Shown here one piece after another: positions 17,903 to 26,600 of a stretch of 39,311 bases of DNA; the first letter of the stretch is position 1, and each line of letters starts with the position of its first letter. A program made the translations under genes and the position numbers. The notes under the pieces are model-generated. The model worked only from the letters and a program-made list of their open reading frames with translations, did not search any database and was not told the DNA's origin. The DNA comes from a virus (lineage: Duplodnaviria; Caudoviricetes), in IMG/VR virus record IMGVR_UViG_3300032237_001348, positions 1 to 39,311 of that record. The stretch is one strand, 5' to 3'.

Positions 17903-20500
17903 TTAAGCTTTTCTTTTACCAAGAAGGATATCGACAAAGAGGTTTTCTGCCCTTTCCTCAACACTAGGCTGAGTTGAAGACTCCACTAAGTCAGTTGTTA
18001 CTGTATTATGCTCATCGCCAACGACCTCGATTGACTCCTCAACCTCAAGTTGGACAGTGTTGCGAGATTTAGCTGGCATCGAGGCTAGATCACGAAGAGT
18101 GTCGGCTAGTGAAGCACCGGTTCTACCGGCATGCTCCTCTATTGCGTCGGCACGCGTTTCGTGTTCTACTATACCAAGAGAAATTTTTGTGTCCACAACA
18201 CGCTCTACGAGTGTGCGATGAAGAACATTCTTTAACTTGGCGTTTATTTCCTCAAGTTCACGAACCTTATTTTCAAGGGCTTGTATACGTGGCTCATCTA
18301 GCTCGTCATCGCTAGTGAGTTCGCTCTCCTCGATGAGTTCGTCTTGAGTTGCCGACTCTTCAGCTTCTGGCTCTTCAGCAGTTCCTTCTTCTGCCTCGTC
18401 CTCTTCTGATTCACGGCTAACCGGAGCACCTGCCGATGTTTCAGGATCAACGTCTTTGTTACCCGACTTTTCCTGCCCTTCGGGACGTTCACCTTCTTCT
18501 ACATCTTCAGCTTGCTCCTCTTCAACGATTTCCTCTTCTTCATCCTCTTCGCCTTCGGCGATTTCAGTGTCGATGATTTCGTCGTTAAGTTCTTCTGCTA
18601 CTTCTTCGGCCTCTTCCACGTCGGGAGCGGCAGATAAGTCAGCACTTAGATTCTCGATAACCTCGAGAATGTCATCTTCATAATCTTTCATTTCAGATTC
18701 TGCGCTTTCTTTTAAGATATCGGGTACTGGTCTGTCTGGTCCGTTGACCTTTTTCCAAGCAGCCCTTATTTTAGCTTTTACAGCAGCAAGGTCTTCTCTT
18801 GGGATCTGAACCTTGTTACCCCTGAAACCAGTAGACCTTAGTGCGGAAACAGCACGAGATACCTGAGCTATAGTCTCTTTCTGAGCTAAGCTATCCCAAA
18901 GACGCAGTTTCCATGTTGAGGGCATTTGAGGATCTGGCACATACGCAAAGGCAGCAGCAGGAAAATCTTCTCCGCCATCTCTTTTCGTAACCGCCTCTAT
19001 TACGTCCATATCTGGAACGTTTTTATCTGCCATTAAATTCTCCTCGGAGCTGTTTTCAACACCATCTTCATAATTAGTATCATTTATATTACGTTTTACA
19101 ACTTCTTCCGAAATTTTATTTATAATTTGCGCCTCGATAAAGGCGCCTTTCATTTTCATATGAAGTGATGATGCTTCTTTTTTCTTCATCTCTAAAAGTA
19201 TATCAAAATCTTCTGCTTCAGTGCATTTAATTATGCTTTCTTTATTAAGATCAAGAATAAAAAGTCCGACTGTAGATTCAAATGGATCTGGCATTCCATG
19301 GTCTGAGGAATCTAGATCAGGAATAGTAGAAACCGTTGACGATCTATGACCAGCTTTAACATCTGTAGGCGACCATGAGTTCCCATCTTTTTTCCAAACC
19401 TGAATCAAAAGCGCTGGATCTTCAGGTGTACCAGTAATTTTGAAAGATGAATCTGGAACTTTAATTACTCCATTAGAAACTATTCTAATAACTTTACCTC
19501 TAGCTATTCCGCCTGATGCATTCCATTTTACGAATGTTCCAACGGATGGAGCATCTGCTTCCGTGAAAGATTCGTCACCCATAGCAGAAGCTGTTATTCT
19601 CGAAGACCAAGACATGCCTGCATCGCCACCCCAAAGTGCCCAGGCTATCCTACCATTACTTGGGTAACCTTCTTCGCCCTGATTAAATCCAGTAGCTTTC
19701 TTATCAACTTCATGGCGAGCAAAAAATGAATGCATGCGCTTTACTGTATCTAGCGGAAGACTTTTTCCATTGACTATATCTCGTGCGCGAGCAATACCAA
19801 TCCCTGTTCCACCCCTATTGTATTCGTCGCGCCAATCCAAGCCACGCCTAGCCTCAGCGACCATGCCACTTGTCGGCTTATAGGAATCGGCTTCTAATTC
19901 TGACTCTAAAATAGAATTAGATACAACACGAATTGTGGAGTTAGAATCAGCAGGAACATTCACAAATGAATACTCCTTGAATGAAATGTTGCGCATCTCA
20001 AGCATAGCTACTTTACCCTTATAGCTTTCACCCCTAGAATGTGCACATGGTGCGCCGGATCTACGCGTTGGGAGAGCCCAGTCTACACCACATACAGAGC
20101 AGACAGCCTCTTCAGCCTTGCCGCCCACTGAGCCGGTAAGATATCTCTTATCCATTACTCGTTCGACCGCTATAGGATCAGTTATTGCTGCTTGCAGTCT
20201 AACAAATGGACTGCCATTTGGTTCTTGATCCATTTTAGCACCGACGATCCTGCCGATAGGATCGCTATTAATATCATGGTTGATGATAATCGGTTTAGGG
20301 TATGGAGACAACCAACTTTCTAGAGACCTCTCTAATTCTACATCGGAATAATAATTGTAGTTAGCAGTTACGCCGGCATGAATTGCCGCAACCTCAACAA
20401 TAAGCCCATGGCTCTGTTTGAATTCACTTTCCTGGAATCTGTCTAAAGACTGAACCTCGGGAAGGAATAATGTAACGTTTTCGTTAAAATTGATTGCCAC
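17903..20500 (-). CDS. Prohead protease-scaffold polyprotein with three inserted domains
   Basis: N-terminal protease (PIIINHD...PIGRI...TGSVGG...FKEYSFVNVPAD) with a CSVC...CAH Zn-ribbon insert, then inserted domains, a Glu-rich linker and a C-terminal coiled-coil scaffold. Located between portal and MCP. Confidence 0.85.
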   Translation of the reverse strand: MAINFNENVTLFLPEVQSLDRFQESEFKQSHGLIVEVAAIHAGVTANYNYYSDVELERSLESWLSPYPKPIIINHDINSDPIGRIVGAKMDQEPNGSPFVRLQAAITDPIAVERVMDKRYLTGSVGGKAEEAVCSVCGVDWALPTRRSGAPCAHSRGESYKGKVAMLEMRNISFKEYSFVNVPADSNSTIRVVSNSILESELEADSYKPTSGMVAEARRGLDWRDEYNRGGTGIGIARARDIVNGKSLPLDTVKRMHSFFARHEVDKKATGFNQGEEGYPSNGRIAWALWGGDAGMSWSSRITASAMGDESFTEADAPSVGTFVKWNASGGIARGKVIRIVSNGVIKVPDSSFKITGTPEDPALLIQVWKKDGNSWSPTDVKAGHRSSTVSTIPDLDSSDHGMPDPFESTVGLFILDLNKESIIKCTEAEDFDILLEMKKKEASSLHMKMKGAFIEAQIINKISEEVVKRNINDTNYEDGVENSSEENLMADKNVPDMDVIEAVTKRDGGEDFPAAAFAYVPDPQMPSTWKLRLWDSLAQKETIAQVSRAVSALRSTGFRGNKVQIPREDLAAVKAKIRAAWKKVNGPDRPVPDILKESAESEMKDYEDDILEVIENLSADLSAAPDVEEAEEVAEELNDEIIDTEIAEGEEDEEEEIVEEEQAEDVEEGERPEGQEKSGNKDVDPETSAGAPVSRESEEDEAEEGTAEEPEAEESATQDELIEESELTSDDELDEPRIQALENKVRELEEINAKLKNVLHRTLVERVVDTKISLGIVEHETRADAIEEHAGRTGASLADTLRDLASMPAKSRNTVQLEVEESIEVVGDEHNTVTTDLVESSTQPSVEERAENLFVDILLGKRKA

Positions 20501-20533
20501 TATTTTCTCCGTGTTGTTAGATAGCGCTTCAGC

Positions 20534-20543
20534 TATATAGTAA
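20534..20543 (-). promoter_or_regulatory. Putative late promoter motif TTACTATATA
   Basis: Intergenic, about 33 nt upstream of the protease GTG. Confidence 0.55.
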
Positions 20544-20554
20544 AACTTATCAAA

Positions 20555-21337
20555 CTATATTAAACTATATGCTTGATGTTTTCTTGGGTCCCTATTGTTT
20601 AGGTAATTCTCCAACATCCACCTATGCATTATGTGGGTTACATACGTTCCGGAAGCACAATATAGATTTTTGTTGTGCAAATGACACTGGGTAGACCAAC
20701 CTAAGTCTTCCCCTTGTGCATGCCATTCATATTTAACGTTAGAATAAACATCTGGATTCATCATAACTGCGGCCATAATGATATCAGCCTTAAATGTCGA
20801 CCCAGAGCCTATTGGATAGGAGTCAAGTTGCCTTGCGGCCCTTCCTCCGGGGTGGTCAATCCATGTCATGACACTTGGAAAATCTATTCCATTTGGAAAC
20901 ATATAAGACAATGGAGATACTGCATCTACACCGTCTCTTTCCGATATATGGTATAGTTTTTCTAAAGTATGTGGATCTTCCATTATGAGATCAGAATCTA
21001 AAGAAAAATATTTGTCTGGCCTAATGCATGATGCCCGTTCAAGTAGGGAATTTCGTAATTCAACCATCTTAAAATATGCATCTTTTGTCCATGTCCTATG
21101 ATTTTCTTCATGGGTGCTATGATTTAAGTCTTCTCTAATAAATGCATCAAAATAGGCAACCTCTGGATGTCTACTTTGCCACTCCCATATTAAATCATGG
21201 GTTTCTTGATCATTTGGCCCAAGTTCAAAAAGGAATCCTATTTCACTTAAAGGGATCGATTGATTCTCTATAGATTTAAACCAATGTTCCAAAATCCAAG
21301 CGCGTTGGTAAACGGGACTACCAATTAGTATTTTCAT
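20555..21337 (-). CDS. GT-A fold (GT2-like) glycosyltransferase
   Basis: MKILIGSPVY first beta strand, LRNSLL, YFSLDSDL (DxD), QGEDLGW, terminal THIMH. ATG at 21337 preferred to the track start at 21406, which overlaps the upstream gene. Confidence 0.85.
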   Translation of the reverse strand: MKILIGSPVYQRAWILEHWFKSIENQSIPLSEIGFLFELGPNDQETHDLIWEWQSRHPEVAYFDAFIREDLNHSTHEENHRTWTKDAYFKMVELRNSLLERASCIRPDKYFSLDSDLIMEDPHTLEKLYHISERDGVDAVSPLSYMFPNGIDFPSVMTWIDHPGGRAARQLDSYPIGSGSTFKADIIMAAVMMNPDVYSNVKYEWHAQGEDLGWSTQCHLHNKNLYCASGTYVTHIMHRWMLENYLNNRDPRKHQAYSLI

Positions 21338-21353
21338 GATATGTACTATCCGA

Positions 21354-21620
21354 CTAAGAAGCGACTTCTTCAGTTTCCTTCTTAATAATTCGGGGCTTTT
21401 TAACATCTGCCTTAGGAAGTTCTTCTATTAGAGTTTGAGTTTTCTCATTTTCTGGTTCATTTAATTTATTCTCTAATTCAAATATGCGCTCTTCTAACCC
21501 TTCGATTATAGAAACCGAATATTCTAAAGCTAATCTAAATTGGCCATTCTTAACGGCATTTTTGAAACCTATCGACTTATCTTCCTTCAGCGTAAAACTT
21601 TGTGTTCTATTTTCCATCAA
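21354..21620 (-). CDS. Small coiled-coil hypothetical protein
   Basis: IIEGLEERIFELENKL heptads; AGGTGA RBS; between the portal and the glycosyltransferase. Confidence 0.6.
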   Translation of the reverse strand: MMENRTQSFTLKEDKSIGFKNAVKNGQFRLALEYSVSIIEGLEERIFELENKLNEPENEKTQTLIEELPKADVKKPRIIKKETEEVAS

Positions 21621-21651
21621 TAATCACCTAATATCCTATAATCAAATAACA

Positions 21652-23181
21652 TTATTCCATTATACCATCTATAAGCTCTGCCATCTCTTTCACTAGCATA
21701 TCATCCAATGATCTTCTAATGTTCGGAGACGTTTTAGTACCATACTGATTTGTAGGCCTAATAATATTATCGGAACCTTTCCGATTATTCTTTGGTGCTT
21801 TAGAATTACCTGGTGTTGCACCTGTTGAATTTTCTGGATTTGCGTTGGGCGAGATAGACTCAATGTCCATCTCTGGCTTCATCCCTAGTTCTAGTCGGCC
21901 TTCTGGCACTGTTTGGATACCTGCAAGAACCTTTTGTATAACGTATGCACCTTTTTTGACTTCGGTATCGGAATCTATTTCATTAAACTTAAAATAACAT
22001 CTATCCGATATCCCATTAAGTTCCGGATTATTGTAAGGGTCGAATCCACCTTCAAGCAAAAGTTCGTTAAATATGAATAGCCTCATTGAGTCTTCAAACT
22101 TGCGCTGATACTCCTTAATTTTATCGTAAAGGGCAATATCTAATCTGTCCGTCATAGCCTGAGAGGCATTTGATGTCATACCAAGATGATGAGGATAAAC
22201 GCCGAGGCCTATAGCAACCCTTTCTTTAAAATGGTCTAAATATTTAGAAGCATCTAAAGCGTTGCCGCTTGCACCAAGAACTTCTACATCATGCCTATTA
22301 GACATAACTAAAGCGCCTTCAGATCTTAATCCTTCGACTTCGTTTGCTGCTTTATCTAGTTCTTCATCTGTAGCGGGCTGCTCATCTGTCCCTACCTTGA
22401 ACTTATAAAGCGGGAATAATTCACGATGTACAAGATTTTGTATATCTTCTTCTATTTGACGTAATGCGATGATATCATCCATAGCCGAAGCTATGAACGG
22501 CGTGCCAAAGATTCTTCCAGGCTTCCTATCAGTCGCAATGTGTATTACGTCATCGGCCTTCCAACGTGGAGACATATCGGTAGAGCCTAATCCTGTCATA
22601 TCTGTTCTTTGCCTATACCAGAGAACTTTATTATTCTTATTCCTTAATATCTCTACTCTTTCAGTAGGGATAAGATAATAACCTATAATTGGTTTTTTAT
22701 TTTCTGGGGGGAAAAGCATGCCTGGAAAATATTCCTGAAGATCACCACGTGATTTCACTATAAAAACATTTCCAAATCTTACAAGCTGATCTGAAACTTC
22801 GCTAAGAAAATCATTCCAAGATTTTTTCATAGCTACTTCCATAAAATCTATACGCTGAAGTAAATAACCTCTAGCTTCTGAATTTTCGGAAACTATATTC
22901 CATCCTTCTTTCCAAAAAAGCTCACGGTATTTACTTATCGCCTGTCTAGCATATGAATCTGTATCTATAGCCTGTATAATCCTATCAAAATCAAATGGGG
23001 GAAGCTCAAATGTATCCCCCGTATATGATCTTGTTGAGAAATTTTGAAAACCTAAAGCTAAAGCCGCAACGCGAAAAGCCCTAGCTAAACCTTTTTGGTC
23101 ATCCTGAGGTAGGATAACTGCTTGTTTTTTAGGGGTTTTACTAGGTGCATTTTGAAATGGTAAAAAATCATTTAAGCGCAT
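21652..23181 (-). CDS. Portal protein
   Basis: 509 aa. DQLVRFGNVFIVK, DDVIHI, IFGTPFI, YLDHFKERVAIGLGVYPHHLG, TVPEGRLELGMKP are portal-type motifs; upstream of the protease. Confidence 0.88.
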   Translation of the reverse strand: MRLNDFLPFQNAPSKTPKKQAVILPQDDQKGLARAFRVAALALGFQNFSTRSYTGDTFELPPFDFDRIIQAIDTDSYARQAISKYRELFWKEGWNIVSENSEARGYLLQRIDFMEVAMKKSWNDFLSEVSDQLVRFGNVFIVKSRGDLQEYFPGMLFPPENKKPIIGYYLIPTERVEILRNKNNKVLWYRQRTDMTGLGSTDMSPRWKADDVIHIATDRKPGRIFGTPFIASAMDDIIALRQIEEDIQNLVHRELFPLYKFKVGTDEQPATDEELDKAANEVEGLRSEGALVMSNRHDVEVLGASGNALDASKYLDHFKERVAIGLGVYPHHLGMTSNASQAMTDRLDIALYDKIKEYQRKFEDSMRLFIFNELLLEGGFDPYNNPELNGISDRCYFKFNEIDSDTEVKKGAYVIQKVLAGIQTVPEGRLELGMKPEMDIESISPNANPENSTGATPGNSKAPKNNRKGSDNIIRPTNQYGTKTSPNIRRSLDDMLVKEMAELIDGIME

Positions 23182-23212
23182 TAAGACTCCAACCTATAAA
23201 AAATATTCTAAA

Positions 23213-23222
23213 TCATTAGTAA
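23213..23222 (-). promoter_or_regulatory. Putative late promoter motif TTACTAATGA
   Basis: Intergenic, about 32 nt upstream of the portal ATG. Confidence 0.45.
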
Positions 23223-23257
23223 CATAAACTAAATAGCGCTCAACAAACAGGATACTA

Positions 23258-23416
23258 TCAATCTTCAACATTGTTTGAACCAAGGACAGTTCTACTTAGA
23301 ACCATAGCTTTTGTAGTTTCTAACCAAAAAATAACTTCTGGGATTTCTAACTCTGTTTCCCAAGTTACTGAATCTTCATTTATATTTATAATAATTTGAC
23401 CGATTTCATTTGCCAT
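23258..23416 (-). CDS. 52-aa hypothetical protein (not in the ORF track)
   Basis: MANEIGQIIININEDSVTWETELEIPEVIFWLETTKAMVLSRTVLGSNNVED with a strong GGGGGTGA RBS at 23421-23428; fills an otherwise empty gap. Confidence 0.7.
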   Translation of the reverse strand: MANEIGQIIININEDSVTWETELEIPEVIFWLETTKAMVLSRTVLGSNNVED

Positions 23417-23427
23417 ATAATCACCCC

Positions 23428-24060
23428 CTATGCAGCTTCGTACGCGAAAGAGATATTGATGCTGTCTCCAGCTCCTAGACCAGGATTTGTTGCACTAATT
23501 CGTGACGTGCTAGTACTTCCCGAGCCCTGCATAAACATAACGCCTCCAGTTGTTACGACAGCTAAGCCCGTAAAATCTGCGGACGTTGAAGAATCAGAGT
23601 ACCAGAATGTACCGCAGGGGTTATTGGCCCCACGAACATTCGCAGTGACAGGAAGACTAATGTAATATGTCCCCGTCCCAACCGTAGGGCTAGAGCCTAC
23701 TACGCAACGCATATAGCCCGTTACGGTATTACCAACGCGGCTATAGTAGCCGAATAGGAACGGTGGTGTACCCCAGCTTGGTGCTGTACCACTCGACGTG
23801 ATTGCTGGAGTGTAGCCTTGCCACGTCCCAACTTGGGCAATTTGTGTATCTACATATTGCTTTCGCGCAAATTGATTGGAAGATGTTGGATTCGAACTTG
23901 GGCCCGATGGGATAGCCCAAGATGATCCATCCCAAACCAATAAAGCACCATTGTCTGTTTGGTATATAAACTGCCCAACGTAAGGTTGAGCAGGGCGATT
24001 ACCGGAAGTGCAAACACCAGGCTTTAAAACACTTGAGGGAAGAGAATTTGAGAGACCCAT
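23428..24060 (-). CDS. Short fibre / receptor-binding protein
   Basis: N-terminal CTSGNRPAQPYVGQFIYQTD...VWDGSSW fibre motif, ARKQYVD linker, WQGYTP...GYYSRVGNTV head domain. Confidence 0.7.
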   Translation of the reverse strand: MGLSNSLPSSVLKPGVCTSGNRPAQPYVGQFIYQTDNGALLVWDGSSWAIPSGPSSNPTSSNQFARKQYVDTQIAQVGTWQGYTPAITSSGTAPSWGTPPFLFGYYSRVGNTVTGYMRCVVGSSPTVGTGTYYISLPVTANVRGANNPCGTFWYSDSSTSADFTGLAVVTTGGVMFMQGSGSTSTSRISATNPGLGAGDSINISFAYEAA

Positions 24061-24061
24061 A

Positions 24062-24499
24062 TTAACCTACTCGTTTACCGCTAAAATTACAATAAGTTGT
24101 ATGCATTGTTCCACTTGAAATCCATAGCTCTATATAATCACCAGCAGCTAAAGAAATAATACCACTAGCTGTAGCTGATGTATATTGCTTTACCGTATAA
24201 CCTCTTGGATATGTTCCATTTGTCATTTGTGTTCCATTTTTCTTAATTATAAAAGAAAAGGCTGTCCCATCAGCTGAGGCGCTAAGTAAATCTATATTGA
24301 ATTCATAATAACCAGTTGTTGGCGTCGTAAACCTATGCTGTGCATCGTCCCAAACAGAACTGATATTAGTTATTACCTTATTGAAGGTAGCTTTTAAACC
24401 AGAAGCAACTGTACTACCGGCATCATTAGAAACGTAAAACATTGGCTGCACATAAGGCCTAAAATAGGCATACCTTGTTAAGGCACTATCTATTGGCAT
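24062..24499 (-). CDS. C1q/TNF-like domain protein
   Basis: FNKVITN...RFTTPTTGYYEF...IKKNG...IISLAAGDYIEL...NFSG is the C1q signature. Start MPIDS at 24499 via TAATG overlap (track start 24517). Confidence 0.78.
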   Translation of the reverse strand: MPIDSALTRYAYFRPYVQPMFYVSNDAGSTVASGLKATFNKVITNISSVWDDAQHRFTTPTTGYYEFNIDLLSASADGTAFSFIIKKNGTQMTNGTYPRGYTVKQYTSATASGIISLAAGDYIELWISSGTMHTTYCNFSGKRVG

Positions 24500-24831
24500 T
24501 AGACTTCCTTTTCCCAACCCGTAACGACTACATTGACTGCACCTATAGACGACAATCCGTATATACCTTCGCCAGCAGTGAGAACTAATGACGTGTCGAA
24601 AACAATAGTATCATTTGCGGCTATTGGAAGATTATAAAAGAAGCAGTTGCTTGGAAGTACAGTAGACCCTATAGCTAGGCGGAAACTAGCATCAATAGTA
24701 TTTGTGTTAGTGATAGTAATCTGCTTAGTGACCCATAACCTAGACGTGGGGACAGCTGCAAGTAGTGCATTACCTGTACCCAATACTGATGGACCTATTA
24801 ATCTTTTTTCTGTTCTATCTCCAACAGCCAT
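24499..24831 (-). CDS. Small beta-sandwich virion protein
   Basis: VPTSRLWVTKQITITNT...PIAANDTIVFD..LVLTAGE..VVVTGWE, a small jelly-roll type common in phage fibre clusters. Confidence 0.6.
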   Translation of the reverse strand: MAVGDRTEKRLIGPSVLGTGNALLAAVPTSRLWVTKQITITNTNTIDASFRLAIGSTVLPSNCFFYNLPIAANDTIVFDTSLVLTAGEGIYGLSSIGAVNVVVTGWEKEV

Positions 24832-24884
24832 TATTAATATCCTTTACTAAAAACAATAGTATAACATTTCCAATAAGTGTAAAA

Positions 24885-25562
24885 CTAGCCAACACCTAAT
24901 AAAAGAAGATTACTAGATACTGCCGGCCTATAAACAACAATACCCGCACCATAGGCGGCAAGTGTCCCCCAAGTCCAAGTAATAGATTTTGCAGTCTGAT
25001 CCGTAGCTATCTGGTAAGCGCCCCCAGAAAAACTAGCAACAGTAGCGTTAGCTGCTGTATATCCGACAGATGGAGTATAAGTATTTGAAGCACTAGTTCC
25101 AATTGCGGCAAAAACTAAAGATCCATTTGTAGTTAATGTAGGAGTTGGACCTGCTGTAGCAGTTGTTACCGCAGTGGCGTTAGCAGTTGAAATAGTAGAA
25201 ACAACATCTATTTTAGATGTAGGGTGGACACCAGAAAATTCATGTGCCACCATAGTTCTGTTAGCAGTAGCAGCACCAGTATACACGACTGTTATAGTAT
25301 CTGAAGTTGTCAATGTGGATGTCAATAAAGAACTTGCAATACTAACTGTAGCGTTAGTAGTACTATTACCAGTTCCATGATCTATCGTCCAAGTATTGCC
25401 TTTAGAATCAGAAACACTAGAGAAAACTGTCCCACCACCACCACGACCATAAAGAACGACAAGATTTCCGGCAGTAGGAGAGCTAGTAACTGCTAATGCA
25501 TATGTTCCAGTACCAGCAGCAGGGGTTGACTGAAGAACTCTTTTTATATATTCTATAGCCAT
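24885..25562 (-). CDS. Thr/Ala-rich beta-sandwich tip/adhesin protein
   Basis: PTAGNLVVL...SVSDSKGNTWT...AHEFSGV pattern; ends NLLLLGVG, like 5986-8091. Confidence 0.55.
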   Translation of the reverse strand: MAIEYIKRVLQSTPAAGTGTYALAVTSSPTAGNLVVLYGRGGGGTVFSSVSDSKGNTWTIDHGTGNSTTNATVSIASSLLTSTLTTSDTITVVYTGAATANRTMVAHEFSGVHPTSKIDVVSTISTANATAVTTATAGPTPTLTTNGSLVFAAIGTSASNTYTPSVGYTAANATVASFSGGAYQIATDQTAKSITWTWGTLAAYGAGIVVYRPAVSSNLLLLGVG

Positions 25563-25565
25563 CTC

Positions 25566-26381
25566 TTATGCCCCAGTAAACCCAGCAGCACTGACATATA
25601 TCGTTGTGCTTGCCGTGCCAGCAGCAAAAAATAAAGCTGTGTTAGCAGAAGTTGCTATCGGCACTGGGAGGGTAATATTAGAGCCACCACCCGGTGGGGC
25701 AATTGTATACCAAAGAACAGTACCACCAGAGCCATCTTGTAAAGTGATCAAAGCAGTCGCAGTTCCGGTATTAGCAATACTAATAGTATTTATATAATTT
25801 TTTAAACCAGAACCCGCAGCGGCAATCAAAGATGTAGAAGCAGTTGTAGTAGCGGTAGCGGAGCCTTTGATTAGATTAACTGTGGACGGAACTATATTTA
25901 CCACCCCAACAACATTCGATCCAGTCGCTAGTTTTACTACTTTATTAGACAAAGTAGCATTAGTAGATCTTCCCGTAACGGTGACTGAAGTTCCAGAAGC
26001 CCAAGTTACCCTAGCGCGAACTGAAGTTACTCCAGAAACAGATAAACGATATATACCTGCAGTTGCCGTAGAAGTGGTGATATCTCCAGAACCAAGCACC
26101 GTAGCAGATATTGCATACCAGTTGGTGCCATCCATTGACGCTTCAAAATTAACGGTTGCCGAGAATGTTCCCTTGATATCAATAATTGCTACACCATAAC
26201 CAGTGGTATCTAAAGTTGTTCCATTGCCAGTTGCTGATACAGCATTCTGCATTATGGTATTGGAAGTTGCCGTACTTGTAATTAAGTCTGCTTTTATCTT
26301 AGTCTGATCAGACGCAATAACAACCGGGGCGCTATTTGCCATAGTTTCTTGTCCATCAGGGTTCCTAGTTGAATATGCCAT
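25566..26381 (-). CDS. Fibre-associated adaptor protein (paralogue of 8332-8901)
   Basis: Starts MAYSTRNPDGQETMANSAPVVI at 26381 via TAATG overlap (track start 26396). Extra GTFSATVNFEASMDGTNW domain, then the shared C-terminal beta-sandwich. Confidence 0.62.
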   Translation of the reverse strand: MAYSTRNPDGQETMANSAPVVIASDQTKIKADLITSTATSNTIMQNAVSATGNGTTLDTTGYGVAIIDIKGTFSATVNFEASMDGTNWYAISATVLGSGDITTSTATAGIYRLSVSGVTSVRARVTWASGTSVTVTGRSTNATLSNKVVKLATGSNVVGVVNIVPSTVNLIKGSATATTTASTSLIAAAGSGLKNYINTISIANTGTATALITLQDGSGGTVLWYTIAPPGGGSNITLPVPIATSANTALFFAAGTASTTIYVSAAGFTGA

Positions 26382-26600
26382 TATAGTATTCTCCAATTGC
26401 TATTATCTGAAATTAAATCGACTGAGTCCTCTGCTGCAATCCCTATTGAGGAAGATCCATCGATTGTTTGAGATGAAGTAGTATTAACAGTGATAGATGC
26501 GGAGTGTGCATTTTTTATTGAATACCTATTAGTATTTGCAACTGCTGTCGGCATAGTAATAGTATAAGCGCCTCCAACAATATAGACATAATCAGTATCA
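26310..26600 (-). repeat. Diverged repeat, copy 2: fibre C-terminal domain plus adaptor N-terminal peptide
   Basis: Homologous to 8830-9115 at DNA and protein level. Confidence 0.8.

Noticed and set aside
18330-18700. Low-complexity ttc/ctc-rich tract
   Set aside because: It is the Glu-rich scaffold linker of the protease polyprotein, not a DNA-level element.
8830-26600. DGR template/variable repeat pair
   Set aside because: Mismatches are mostly synonymous and not adenine-specific, both copies are coding, and there is no reverse transcriptase in the window.
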